Of a stretch of 31,256 nt of DNA, positions 10,201 through 18,875 are shown piece by piece; position 1 is the first letter of the stretch; each line of letters begins with the position of its first letter. The position numbers and the translations under genes are program-made. The stretch is taken from positions 1-31,256 of IMG/VR virus record IMGVR_UViG_3300044267_005815; one strand, written 5' to 3'. The stretch comes from a virus (taxonomy: Duplodnaviria > Caudoviricetes). The notes beneath the pieces were generated by a model, which did not search any database, was not told the origin of the DNA, and saw only the letters and a program-made list of their open reading frames with translations.

Positions 10201-13200
10201 CTTCCTGACAATATCTGCCGTCGACTACGAGTGGCCTACATCAGGAGACTTCTCATATGTGGTCAAATACTCTTTGGCTTGGACTTCATCGTCTCAAACT
10301 CCTACAGGTGCTAACGCTGGCACTGTTACGGGATGGGAGAAGAGAGCTCGTTATGACGGGGTGCTCGGAGAGAAAGACAAGAAGGCGTGGGACGCGATTG
10401 TCGAGATCTTCCAAGCAGGTCGGGCTATGCCGATCAAGGTCGGACAGAAGATCGGTGTTCACTGGGATCGGGCGAGAAGCCCTGTGGCGATGTTCACGAT
10501 GGCGAACATACTCGAGGGGTCGCTGAAGCTTCGATACATGGGGACCGCAAACAGCCCTAACTCGATCGAGGCAGACATCCTAGATCGCCAACAAAACTAC
10601 GAGCGAGTCACGGTCCAGATTGATGACCCGGATATCTCTGATCCGACTGACCTGAAGCAGTACAAGAAGAAGCGTATGCAGATGCGCGGCGTGACCCGTC
10701 GATCACAAGCTATCAGGGACTCTCACTATCAGCTCCGGGTCGCTCAGAAGCTGACACGCTCCGTAGAGTTTGATACCGGCCTCGACTCGGTCGCGCTGCT
10801 ACCTGGCGATGTGTTCATCCTCTCGCACGATGTGCCTGACTACGGCACATCAGGGCGCATACTTAAGAATGTAGAGCAGGGGAACTTCATCTATACCCCG
10901 AAGTCGTTCACCTCTACAGGTAATGTCGACACCGGATGGCTGTACACAAACACTAGCAAGGCAGACGCTACTGGGACATCTCTCGTCTACGCCCCGTTCG
11001 GTGGATCTGAGGCCGCGAAGAAGTTCACCTCGTCTGCCGCAACCCCGTCCATTGTCACAACGACACGATGGAACATGGGCAACAGCGGAGAGACATATGT
11101 CGCGAGCTGCTATGTGAAGAACATCGACGCGACAGATACGCGGATCAAGATCTTCCCGCGCAGCAACACCTCTGAGACGAAAGAGCTCAGGGTGACATGG
11201 ACGGGGACCGCGATCTCGGCGTTCACAGAGCATGGAGCTTCGACAGACGCAGAGGTCGGCTACGAAGCAGTAGACGCCGCAAATATGCTGTGTGATGGCG
11301 AGCAGTTTGCCAGCAGGTACACGGGTACATCTGACCTAACAAAAGGTGACTGGTTCTATAACAACCTGACCTTCGTTGAGGACGGTCAGGCTGGACCTCT
11401 CGGGTATGGGTACGCATTGCGTTGCAGCAAGCCTGACGGCAATAACGCTTATCTGATCTCTCAGATCTACGAGCAGAACCACAGCACTGCGGGTCCGCTA
11501 GTAAACGGCAAGACATACACAGCATCATGCTATGTAAAGAACTACGACGCAGCGCAGACTTCTCTGAACATTTGGGATGTAGAGGGTAGTAGCGACAACA
11601 ACCAGTCAATCACGATTAGCTGGGCAAGTGATGGCACAGCCACAAAGGTGAGCGGCGCAGGTACGGTAGCAAGCGTTGGCAAGGGTTGGTACAGGATCCA
11701 AGCCCCGATCACAATCGACAATACGGAAGGAAACGAGTACAGGTTTGAGATCAAGCCAGCAGGAGGCAGCGGCTCATCTGCTACCGCTGGAGGAACATAT
11801 GTATGGGGCGCCATGCTCAACGAAGGCTCGAGCGCAGCGACCTACTCCAACCTCCACGGGCACACCGATGGTTGGTACAGGATCTGGGCCTCCATGAAGA
11901 GCCCGAACGCAAGCGAGGCCGCTCAGATCTACATTTGCCCTGCAGCAAACAACTCTGGGAACGCATACATCTGGGGTCCGTCGATCACGCTGTCGAGAGA
12001 CAACTCGCCATTAGCGCACTCTCATATGCAGACAGTGGTGTTTGACCGTGATGTGACGCTGACTGCTGGCTCAACATATGAGGTCTCGGCCCGGATTGCC
12101 GGACAAGAAGGAGCTGCTACAGGAGCTGATCTGATCGAGTACGCGATGATCGATCGCATGGAAGTCCCGCAGTGGGGGCAGAGGATCGTGTATGCCGGGA
12201 CTCCGGTGAGAACAGCAAGCTACGCTGGAGACGGAGAGACCGATGGTACAACGACTCACGGCAGGTTCTCTCAGTACCCCCTTGAGGGCGACCTTTACGC
12301 ACTTGGCAAGCTCGCTAACTACACGCAGCAGTTTGCCGTCACTGAGATCCAGTCTGATCCGCAGACATTCATCCGTAAGGTCAAGGCGATCGAGTACGAC
12401 TCGGATGTGTACTTAGACACCACACCAGGTGGAGCGATCAATGCATCGTTCACTCCCGATGGTCCGGGCTCTGCAGATCGAGATAGTCAGGCGCCGCGGC
12501 AGGTTATCCGCGGCCTGGTAGCAAAGGAAGTCACTGCAAGGGACGCAAACGGTGTGGTCGTTCCAGCTATTGAGATCAACTGGTCATACAGTAGCCAGCA
12601 AAAGCACAAGACCACTGCCTTTGGGAAGAAGGCTTCCCACACAGTGGAGAGCACCTCGCCCAGCGTGTTTATTCAGGGAGCTCAGATCTTCCACAGGATG
12701 CTGCCGGCGGCGACGAGCTACACATCAAACTTCCCTGAGTTTAGCCCTAGATCTATTGGATCTGTCAGCGGCAAGCACTCAGTGTTCCGATTCGTCGCTT
12801 CAGGCTATGTCGGAGGACGAGTCCACAGGTTTTCTGTGTGCCCTCAGGGGCCGAATGGCATGAGAGTCAATCCTGCCAAGGCGCCTAGCATCTCTTTCGA
12901 GTTCGCCGGACTAGCAAAAAGGCCGGCAGCTCCAACTCTGAGCTCTCCGGGCATTAGAGGTGAAGAGGGCGTCCTGTACGGATCAAATGCGGACGCCCAG
13001 CCGGTCGAGGCCATCGAGTGGAAGGTCGGTGGATGGATACTCGGTCAAAGCATCGCAGAGATGGACGGCAGCGCAAAAGAGGTCAACACGCCATCGATCT
13101 ATCGCCTGAGTGGGTACTACCCAGACATCTTTGCGCGAGCTCGACTTAGCAATGGTCAATATGGGATCGCATCGAGCACCAAGTATGACACTGACATCGA

Positions 13201-13753
13201 CTCGGGCACTGACCTTGCTGTTGCTGGTCCATACTTCGTCAAGCGCAACTATGAGAGCAACTGGGCTTCATACGGAACCCTGTCTGTCCTTGAAGCAGAC
13301 TCCGCTGGTTATCTGAGGTTTCCCACAAGCGGCTCGGACACCACTGGTACATACATCACAGGCACATTCGACATGGGGGAGGCTCGTCGGATGCACTGTC
13401 GGGCCGCGGCAACCGCTCACCAGAGAGCTGCAGCAACTGTGGATGACATGGACTTCACGGTCGATGGACCGGAGGCGCAGAGGTGGACCGCCGAAGGACC
13501 GACGATTGTCAGGTCAGGAGAAACCGCGAACTGCACCATCAAGGTTGAGTGGTCTCACTCAGCGACTGCAAGCCCAGGCACTGATTATCGTCCGTTCAAG
13601 CCGGGAATGGTCTACTTCAGAACCGCTGCCTTTAGGATCACAGTGACTCGCCCCTCAAACGCGGCGACTCTAAGAATCGAAAAATTCGGTGTGTTTACGA
13701 AGCTCCCAGCAGACTGGGAGTCGGTCACATCAGTCGACGGAGGGACATTCTAA
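7229..13753 (+). CDS. Tip attachment/host-specificity protein (gpI+gpJ-like fusion) with inserted LamG-like and CBM-like domains
   Basis: 2174 aa. Motifs GEALPVVYGEH, MSEGPIEG, FPRGLY, YPHTA, VKGR, SNPAWIALDALTNERYG, MFTMANILEGS, GVTRRSQA, LLPGDVF. Confidence 0.92.
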   Translation: MITVHKVRSLYEGRKSTQSSIQWAPGVCPRSCAPEGIELDSAVIWRNGDRLNPEQYDDQLNNGDHLHYTTIPKGLAALLFGAQGWTAFFIDLAIMAVTSWVMKELMLDQMKQEADPSGSSTYGFAGVRNPRSSGEALPVVYGEHMVAGLVINTSVEMALGSFDEQQLTTLYAMSEGPIEGYGEITGPYSTDLEFRDAAVAALGSAIPIVFGSNLYRNPVLDSAGVQINGQNASNFSLVGMQGRTGELNQEYILGFGDARQSAQLDSRVQAVTGITETDSGYAAGTYSSKPDLSPAGTDPDPVTHETTIKADRAIIRVNFPRGLYKNTNGDMEGSTAKFRILFYQTDGSGTATSKFALLPEYEISSSRAGQLSADIGVDLVDPDTYEFSSGNADYMIGGTGAAGRNSDEHTALTPCHLMLQVGKSSSTWAAVSANSGTANDLTSNFTMYYDVPADVVPNQSRYDQNWTFSTWAKPRFNRTDTYSTTNFIGGDFAHIFFNGQNGTTTTTADIYPLKHNEPSTSSDTANIGWENAQAQDGALAFSFWCASNNDVRLVFTHVAGRSDEVSGGTEYDRYYVSDVIGTKAEMEGKWSHVAIQIRNYDLAGVGNLAVIMYADGEKVHEQTYDCETGDNTRRLVNFYHDGNNAVNYANFLRFGHCHMPFGYGSSGSTSGMTNDNQHAAVRSYCKLYNIAFFEHQISDGYGFGLNNVGILDLAASDGLGKATYEFTGNENYLISHWKGTVSSGAFKETKNDTADRRIKYHQSASVAANPTDPPANPVVTAGEAARTYYKFEIARSNPELDDSQEEVNYMEISEIVEIQDEELEYPHTATMALLVGADEQINNSAPKITATVKGRTVVRWTDNGGEFVAEEPAFTSNPAWIALDALTNERYGVGAVFGSTIDDIPDRFELDQFIAWAAYCDDGVADGFGSVTGTFTSYSSSTLVFQVGLINSSDGSRTANIIPQSWIIGHTLTVTAATDANNISSGLGADAFLTISAVDYEWPTSGDFSYVVKYSLAWTSSSQTPTGANAGTVTGWEKRARYDGVLGEKDKKAWDAIVEIFQAGRAMPIKVGQKIGVHWDRARSPVAMFTMANILEGSLKLRYMGTANSPNSIEADILDRQQNYERVTVQIDDPDISDPTDLKQYKKKRMQMRGVTRRSQAIRDSHYQLRVAQKLTRSVEFDTGLDSVALLPGDVFILSHDVPDYGTSGRILKNVEQGNFIYTPKSFTSTGNVDTGWLYTNTSKADATGTSLVYAPFGGSEAAKKFTSSAATPSIVTTTRWNMGNSGETYVASCYVKNIDATDTRIKIFPRSNTSETKELRVTWTGTAISAFTEHGASTDAEVGYEAVDAANMLCDGEQFASRYTGTSDLTKGDWFYNNLTFVEDGQAGPLGYGYALRCSKPDGNNAYLISQIYEQNHSTAGPLVNGKTYTASCYVKNYDAAQTSLNIWDVEGSSDNNQSITISWASDGTATKVSGAGTVASVGKGWYRIQAPITIDNTEGNEYRFEIKPAGGSGSSATAGGTYVWGAMLNEGSSAATYSNLHGHTDGWYRIWASMKSPNASEAAQIYICPAANNSGNAYIWGPSITLSRDNSPLAHSHMQTVVFDRDVTLTAGSTYEVSARIAGQEGAATGADLIEYAMIDRMEVPQWGQRIVYAGTPVRTASYAGDGETDGTTTHGRFSQYPLEGDLYALGKLANYTQQFAVTEIQSDPQTFIRKVKAIEYDSDVYLDTTPGGAINASFTPDGPGSADRDSQAPRQVIRGLVAKEVTARDANGVVVPAIEINWSYSSQQKHKTTAFGKKASHTVESTSPSVFIQGAQIFHRMLPAATSYTSNFPEFSPRSIGSVSGKHSVFRFVASGYVGGRVHRFSVCPQGPNGMRVNPAKAPSISFEFAGLAKRPAAPTLSSPGIRGEEGVLYGSNADAQPVEAIEWKVGGWILGQSIAEMDGSAKEVNTPSIYRLSGYYPDIFARARLSNGQYGIASSTKYDTDIDSGTDLAVAGPYFVKRNYESNWASYGTLSVLEADSAGYLRFPTSGSDTTGTYITGTFDMGEARRMHCRAAATAHQRAAATVDDMDFTVDGPEAQRWTAEGPTIVRSGETANCTIKVEWSHSATASPGTDYRPFKPGMVYFRTAAFRITVTRPSNAATLRIEKFGVFTKLPADWESVTSVDGGTF

Positions 13754-14232
13754 TGCGCTATATGCCGCTGCTACTGCTACTGGCTTCATGCCAGACATGG
13801 GGCTGGTCAGAGACTGCCGATGTGCTTTTGCCCGATGAGTTCCAGATTGGCGAAGGCTCGTCATCTCTGAACACTGTGGGAGGGTACACCGGACACAGCA
13901 ATATGTACGAATATATGGGCGAGGGGGAGTCGACATACGCGGCCCTCACCTGGCATCTGCCGCAGGTCAAGAGCGAGAACGGTATGAGCCGCGAGACTCA
14001 AAGAAACCTAGCTCTTCTCGTAGACCATATGGCTGAAGAGGAGGGTCTTGTTGCTGCAGATCCCATTGAGGCTGAAGCCCCTGAAGAGGTCTCTGCTGGT
14101 CCCTTGAAGCTTAACCTTAGAGAGGGTGTTGCGCTTCCCCCCAAGGAGGTCGGTTACGGCTTGCTCGCTGTCTTGCTTATCGGTGTTGTCTTTGTTCGTC
14201 TCAAGCAACGATCCTCGAGGCGACAATGGTAA
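13753..14232 (+). CDS. Lipoprotein with C-terminal TM helix (u-spanin-like topology)
   Basis: N-terminal lipobox LLLLLASC. C-terminal GYGLLAVLLIGVVFV followed by a basic tail. Confidence 0.6.
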   Translation: MRYMPLLLLLASCQTWGWSETADVLLPDEFQIGEGSSSLNTVGGYTGHSNMYEYMGEGESTYAALTWHLPQVKSENGMSRETQRNLALLVDHMAEEEGLVAADPIEAEAPEEVSAGPLKLNLREGVALPPKEVGYGLLAVLLIGVVFVRLKQRSSRRQW

Positions 14233-14396
14233 TAGCCATCCTCAAATCCGTCACCGCAGCGTTAGCAGTTCTGTGCTGCTGCTCTTGTGTTTCTCAAGCA
14301 CCCTATAAATCATCAATACATTCGATAGAGACCACACTCTGTGCAGGTTTGATTTGTTCAATCTGCGCTAACACCTCGGAGCTCCCCCATGACTAA
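14226..14396 (+). CDS. Small Cys-rich putative lipoprotein (56 aa, not in the ORF track)
   Basis: MVIAILKSVTAALAVLCCCSCVSQAPY...LPHD. It fills the gap and overlaps both neighbours. Confidence 0.45.
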   Translation: MVIAILKSVTAALAVLCCCSCVSQAPYKSSIHSIETTLCAGLICSICANTSELPHD

Positions 14397-14718
14397 ATCT
14401 GATTCGCCTCCTAGAGACTCATCAAGAGATTCCGCGCAGGAGCTGGCAATGCTCAAGCGCATTGAGGCCGAACTCACGGTTGAGAAGATTCGAGCGCAGA
14501 AGACTGCGTCCGAACTCGCTGCCGAGCACCTTGGAATTTATGGAGGTGGATACCTCTGCTTGATGGTCCTCACATTTTTCGGGGCGTGTTTATTTTTGCC
14601 CGAATCCACAATTTCGGTCGTAGCCGGCTTAACAACGCTCATCGTCACTAGCATGGTGCAGTTGCTCCGGTCTGTGGTTGGCGACCCCGGTCTCGAAAAA
14701 CAAAAGGATGACAAGTGA
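14389..14718 (+). CDS. Two-TM membrane protein (holin-like candidate)
   Basis: SD GGAG. Two hydrophobic segments (YLCLMVLTFFGACLFL; ISVVAGLTTLIVTSMV) and charged termini. Confidence 0.6.
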   Translation: MTKSDSPPRDSSRDSAQELAMLKRIEAELTVEKIRAQKTASELAAEHLGIYGGGYLCLMVLTFFGACLFLPESTISVVAGLTTLIVTSMVQLLRSVVGDPGLEKQKDDK

Positions 14719-15077
14719 AGCGACCGAAGAAGACACCGTTCAGATATTCCGACTGCAAGGTAGACCGCATACTCGACGGTGATACTGCCGACCTGTGGAT
14801 CAACCTAGGCTTTAGCACCTTCGTCAAGAAGCGTGTTCGCTTCTACGGCATCAACTGCCCGGAGACACGCACTAGAGACAAGGCCGAGAAGGTGCTTGGC
14901 CTAGCCTGTAAGGAGCGCCTCAAGGAACTCTTGAAGGACGGAGTGTGCGACCTCGACAGTCTAGAGTTGGGCAAGTACGGGCGAGTCCTTGGCATCCTTT
15001 GGGTGGGCTCTAAGAACATCAACAAAGAGATCCTCAAGATGGAAGGGGTGACGGAATACTACGGAGGCAAGCGATGA
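14715..15077 (+). CDS. Thermonuclease (SNase-like) family protein
   Basis: RILDGDT, RVRFYGINCPE and GKYGRVLG motifs. Confidence 0.9.
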   Translation: MKRPKKTPFRYSDCKVDRILDGDTADLWINLGFSTFVKKRVRFYGINCPETRTRDKAEKVLGLACKERLKELLKDGVCDLDSLELGKYGRVLGILWVGSKNINKEILKMEGVTEYYGGKR

Positions 15078-15229
15078 GGATGGGGCCGATAGTCAGCTTT
15101 CTGTTTAAGGACAGATTCAATATGCGCGGATGGACGATCTTCCCTAGCCGGATGTCTCTGGCAGAGCTGGGGTTCATCATCCTCTGCATCTACGAATTGA
15201 CCCGTCTATTCCTGTGGCTCAATGAGTAA
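15074..15229 (+). CDS. Small membrane protein (51 aa, not in the ORF track)
   Basis: ATGA overlap with SNase and SD GGAGG. MRMGPIVSFLFKDRF...LGFIILCIYELTRLFLWLNE. Confidence 0.5.
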   Translation: MRMGPIVSFLFKDRFNMRGWTIFPSRMSLAELGFIILCIYELTRLFLWLNE

Positions 15230-15863
15230 CATCAAGTTCAAGCGCGGCACAGACGCCGATCGTAGATCTGAGAGTGTCACTCAGGGGGAACCTCTGTACA
15301 CCACAGATGACAAGACGCTGTGGATCGGAGATGGCAGTACGACGGGAGGTCTTCCGGCCTGTAAGCCCCCGGTGTGCGCGACCTTCTACAACACCCTAGA
15401 ACAAAATGTGAACTCGTCGCTGACTGACAATAAGCTCGAGTGGAATCTAGCTTCTCCGTCTATCGGCGTTTTGAACGCGACCTCTGGAACCACAGAAGAT
15501 CTGAGACACTCGAACTCTACAGACAAAGAGCGTTTCACAATAGTAACGCCGGGGACATATCTCATATCTTGCTCGGTCGCGCTCGACGCGACGGGGAGTA
15601 CGCCCACGCGGTATAACGGCAAGCTCCGCATAATCATCAATGATGACTCGGGCTCTGGAACTGAGATCGGTCCTTCTGGTCAGGGGGGATATCTAAGAGA
15701 GAGCTCGGGCCAGGATGAGACTTCGCTAGAGGTTGTCATGTTTGCCTACACATTCGCTGCTAACGATTACTTCTGGGCCAAGATCGACCGTGAATCAACA
15801 ACATCAGCAGCGGTCGACACAGTCGCTCGAGCTTCCACCCTTTTTATTATGAGAGTCGCATGA
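15222..15863 (+). CDS. Fibre protein: Mtd_N-like N-terminus plus C1q/TNF-like C-terminal domain
   Basis: IKFKRGT...QGEPLYTTDDKTLWIGDGSTTGG N-terminus; RFTIVTPGTYLISCSV jelly-roll motif. Confidence 0.75.
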   Translation: MSNIKFKRGTDADRRSESVTQGEPLYTTDDKTLWIGDGSTTGGLPACKPPVCATFYNTLEQNVNSSLTDNKLEWNLASPSIGVLNATSGTTEDLRHSNSTDKERFTIVTPGTYLISCSVALDATGSTPTRYNGKLRIIINDDSGSGTEIGPSGQGGYLRESSGQDETSLEVVMFAYTFAANDYFWAKIDRESTTSAAVDTVARASTLFIMRVA

Positions 15864-16273
15864 CCAAGCACACCAAGATCGAGGCTACCGACAGCGTTAC
15901 GGATGCCTTGATGACTACAACAAACGAGAACTTCAGAACCAGCAAGTTTCTCAACTCTGCAGCAAAGACCGCGGACTTCACTGTCTGGGCCGATGATGAC
16001 AACTCCGTCAACCCATCGATCGAGCCGGATGTCTACTTCATCGACTGCACGGGAGGCAATGTCACCGCAACGCTGCCAGTCGCAGCAGATACTGACGCTG
16101 CAGCGGGTCGCCCCGTGACATTCTTCAGGATAGACGGATCGGGCAACTCGGTCACCATCGACGCGAATGGCTCGGAGACAATCAACGGAGCTGCCAACTT
16201 CACGCTCGCGCAGTACGCCTCTGTGACCTGCATTGCTAGGACGAGCTCAGACTGGGCGAAGATTACGAGCTGA
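15860..16273 (+). CDS. Putative virion fibre/decoration protein
   Basis: KTADFT...IDCTGGNVTATLP...GRPVTFFRIDGSGNSVTI...ETING pattern, common in phage structural proteins. Confidence 0.6.
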   Translation: MTKHTKIEATDSVTDALMTTTNENFRTSKFLNSAAKTADFTVWADDDNSVNPSIEPDVYFIDCTGGNVTATLPVAADTDAAAGRPVTFFRIDGSGNSVTIDANGSETINGAANFTLAQYASVTCIARTSSDWAKITS

Positions 16274-16274
16274 T

Positions 16275-16553
16275 ATGTCTGAGAACGATGACTCAACTGT
16301 ACGCAAGATCGACTCTCTTGCAGACACCGTGGAAGAGATACGCTCAAGAGTCGAGCGTATTGATGACTCGCTGCGCGGCAATGGTCGACGCGGTCTCTAC
16401 ACAGAGGTTGCCTTGATCGACGAGAGAGTCCGTTCTGTAGAATCCTTTCGGCGTGAGGCCGAAGGGTTAAGGAGATGGTTCGTGCTAGGAATCCTGGGCC
16501 TCTTTGGCTCGATAGCGTGGAACATCGCAGAGACCTACATCAGGAGCACCTGA
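16275..16553 (+). CDS. Coiled-coil protein with C-terminal TM (lysis-cassette type)
   Basis: ATG right after the previous stop. LRGNG motif, coiled coil and WFVLGILGLFGSIAW helix. Confidence 0.65.
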   Translation: MSENDDSTVRKIDSLADTVEEIRSRVERIDDSLRGNGRRGLYTEVALIDERVRSVESFRREAEGLRRWFVLGILGLFGSIAWNIAETYIRST

Positions 16554-16608
16554 TGTTTCATCCGTCCCTGAGGTAGACCTCAGACGGTCAACCCCAACCC
16601 TTTTTCCC

Positions 16609-16815
16609 ATGAAAGAACCCCTTTCTCTCGGTCCCGTTTCCACGGGGTCACTATTGTCCTCCTCGGAGGGTCTTGGATACAGCGGACTTTTGGCACTATG
16701 CACCAGTACGATTAGCTCCGGCGACCCTGAGCTCTCGAAGTGGGCTTTTCTTGCCTTAGGCATTGCGACTGGTTGCTACGCGATCAGTCGAGGGCTTGCG
16801 AAGAAGAATGCGTAG
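16609..16815 (+). CDS. Small holin-like membrane protein
   Basis: 68 aa, two hydrophobic stretches, C-terminal YAISRGLAKK. Confidence 0.55.
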   Translation: MKEPLSLGPVSTGSLLSSSEGLGYSGLLALCTSTISSGDPELSKWAFLALGIATGCYAISRGLAKKNA

Positions 16816-17143
16816 TGTCCTTCTCTCAGCTCTCCTGTGTTTCGGCCTGACCGGCTGTTCAGCGATGGACGCGGCCCTCGATTATCCGATGTCGTTCTTT
16901 GAGGAGGACGAAGAGACGGGTGAGATGGTCGAAGTCACCACAACTGTCGGAGATGCGCTCGCTTCAAACGCGGACGGGATCTCCGGCGTGATTGGCAATG
17001 CGGTCGGAGGCGTGAATCCGTTATTGGGGTTGCTCGCCGCTGGCGGCGCCGGCGCATTGCTCTCTGGAGCTCGCCGCAAAAAGAAAGCTGCTGTTGAAGC
17101 AGATGAGGCCGAACCCGCTAAGGGTAAGTCCAAGAAAGCGTAG
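16808..17143 (+). CDS. Lipoprotein with C-terminal hydrophobic segment
   Basis: MRSVLLSALLCFGLTGC lipobox, with the start at 16808 preferred over 16763. Gly/Leu-rich segment followed by RRKKK. Confidence 0.7.
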   Translation: MRSVLLSALLCFGLTGCSAMDAALDYPMSFFEEDEETGEMVEVTTTVGDALASNADGISGVIGNAVGGVNPLLGLLAAGGAGALLSGARRKKKAAVEADEAEPAKGKSKKA

Positions 17144-17418
17144 TGGGCCGCGCGCGTCTGGCTCCGGGCCTCCCCGTGACATCCCCTCCGTGTCACGCGG
17201 GAGGCCCCTTTATAACTCCGTGGACTCTGTGTGAGTGTTGCGAAGACTTCTGGTGCAACATCCACAATGCCCACGCATATGACTGCTCATGCCCTTCCAT
17301 AGAGGTGTGGTGCGACAATGGCACAAGCCCATACGAGCCACAAGAGATCAGCATAAAAATGACCGCTGCCGATCAGGAGAAGTTCGACAGCGGTCAAGTG
17401 GGTACATCCAGTAGCTAG
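17143..17418 (+). CDS. Hypothetical Cys/His-rich (Zn-binding) protein
   Basis: CECCEDFWCNIHNAHAYDCSCP. GTG start overlaps the previous stop. Confidence 0.55.
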   Translation: MGRARLAPGLPVTSPPCHAGGPFITPWTLCECCEDFWCNIHNAHAYDCSCPSIEVWCDNGTSPYEPQEISIKMTAADQEKFDSGQVGTSSS

Positions 17419-17451
17419 AAGTCTCTAACATCCCTAGCTACTCAGAAGCTA

Positions 17452-17781
17452 TCAATCGTCCGGGACTCGAACAACAAGTTCCTCCATCTCTCTCAGATCC
17501 TCTTTGTCGTGCAGCTTGTTCCAGCACTGCTGACAGTGGAAGTCCTGAGACTCTGTGCAATAGATAGTCGCGGTGTTGGAGCACGGGACACTCTCTAACT
17601 TCGTTCTGCCCCACTGGTCTAGTTCACCATCCTTCCAGACAAGGTGACCGCTGCAGGTCTTCTCCTTTCTGCAGAACTCGCAGTCAGAGAATGTGGGGTA
17701 GTAGTTGTCCTTGAGGAGGTACGACTTGACGGGGACTCCGCACCCATCGCAGTCGACTTCACAGGGGTCGCCTTGCATCAC
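17452..17781 (-). CDS. Hypothetical Zn-finger protein
   Basis: Multiple CxxC motifs; coupled to the upstream minus-strand gene. Confidence 0.65.
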   Translation of the reverse strand: MMQGDPCEVDCDGCGVPVKSYLLKDNYYPTFSDCEFCRKEKTCSGHLVWKDGELDQWGRTKLESVPCSNTATIYCTESQDFHCQQCWNKLHDKEDLREMEELVVRVPDD

Positions 17782-18212
17782 TTGAACCTCCTGTAGAACT
17801 TCTTCACATTGGGGATCCAGTGCTTGTTCAGGCCGTTCTTATCCCGCGGATCGTCAAGGGGGCAAAATCGCGCTCCAAGATCCACGATGAAGGCGTCCAT
17901 GTCCTTGGGGTCGCCTCCCTTCTTGATGTAGCGGTCCCAGTGGTTTCTGACAGTGCAAACCGCCCAACCCGCCTGAGATCGATAATTTGCCTTCACGCGC
18001 GGGTGCAGTATCCCGAACTCGCGGCCCGGACCACCGTTCTCGGCGTAGCGGATCGCAGCGACGATCGGCTTCAGGAATGACTTGTCGGACGGCAGGTTGA
18101 CCTGTATCGCGTCCTCGAACTGGGCGACCAGAGCTCCATCCTTGGCCTTGATCGCTTCATGCGCGGCGTCTGAGGGCGCGAGAAGGGACGCTGCTAAAAT
18201 TAGGGTGATCAT
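17778..18212 (-). CDS. Secreted lysozyme-like (muramidase/transglycosylase-fold) protein
   Basis: Signal peptide MITLILAASLLA. IVAAIRYAENG catalytic-Glu-like helix. LGARFCP...DKNGLNKHWIPNV tail. Confidence 0.6.
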   Translation of the reverse strand: MITLILAASLLAPSDAAHEAIKAKDGALVAQFEDAIQVNLPSDKSFLKPIVAAIRYAENGGPGREFGILHPRVKANYRSQAGWAVCTVRNHWDRYIKKGGDPKDMDAFIVDLGARFCPLDDPRDKNGLNKHWIPNVKKFYRRFK

Positions 18213-18469
18213 GCTGTTCTCCTGTTTGCTGGGGCTGATTGTTCCTTTTCAAGTTGGACGCAAAGGCGCGCCCACTCCTTGTTCCAATGCTTCATCGTCT
18301 CGCCCAACTCTTTAACTTGAGGCTCGGGAAGAGTCTCAGGGCGAGTTGGCATCCCGGTCTCTTTGTCAAACCCGCAGTGAAGATCGACAAACTCTCTCCA
18401 CTCCTTGACCGCTTGCTTTCGAGCAGAGTCAGCTTCGTCGAGCCGACGCTCTAGATCTGTACGCCTCAC
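18209..18469 (-). CDS. Hypothetical protein
   Basis: SD GGAGG; 4-nt overlaps with both neighbours. Confidence 0.65.
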   Translation of the reverse strand: MRRTDLERRLDEADSARKQAVKEWREFVDLHCGFDKETGMPTRPETLPEPQVKELGETMKHWNKEWARLCVQLEKEQSAPANRRTA

Positions 18470-18759
18470 GCCAGACCTCCCCTAAAGGGGAATAATCCGT
18501 CAACAAGCTTTTCGCGGTGCTTCGATTCAGGCATCAAGCAGAACTCCGCGTGATGCTTGTCGCAGAGGCCGACAATCTTGTCTTTGTTCGCCGGAGATGC
18601 TCCGGGCCTGTAGACGATGCAGGAAGCCTTTCGGCACTTCGAGACGGAGCACCTGTCGATGTCAGCTCTTTCATGTAGTTGCGTGATATTCATACCCTCA
18701 TATACGGAATGTTCCCGTACAAAGTGAACCCCTTGGCAGACCCAAATATGGGCATTCAT
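18466..18759 (-). CDS. Hypothetical Zn-binding protein (start uncertain; alternative at 18694)
   Basis: CSVSKC...LCDKHH motif; first gene of the leftward cluster. Confidence 0.6.
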   Translation of the reverse strand: MNAHIWVCQGVHFVREHSVYEGMNITQLHERADIDRCSVSKCRKASCIVYRPGASPANKDKIVGLCDKHHAEFCLMPESKHREKLVDGLFPFRGGLA

Positions 18760-18875
18760 CTAACCTCTTGGAGGACCGTGCATTATGTACACCAAGAACG
18801 GGAATCGCCCTTCTTGGCCCCTCTGCACTTGACCAGGCACTCGAAAGGCTGGGCCCAGGACGATACAACAAAGGC

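Noticed and set aside
15222-15863. Diversity-generating retroelement target (Mtd-like N-terminus)
   Set aside because: No reverse transcriptase or TR/VR repeat pair is seen in the window, and the C-terminus is not C-type-lectin-like.
18841-18869. Promoter TCGAAA-17-TACAAC for a leaderless HTH transcript
   Set aside because: The spacing fits, but both hexamers deviate at key positions, so it is too weak to call.
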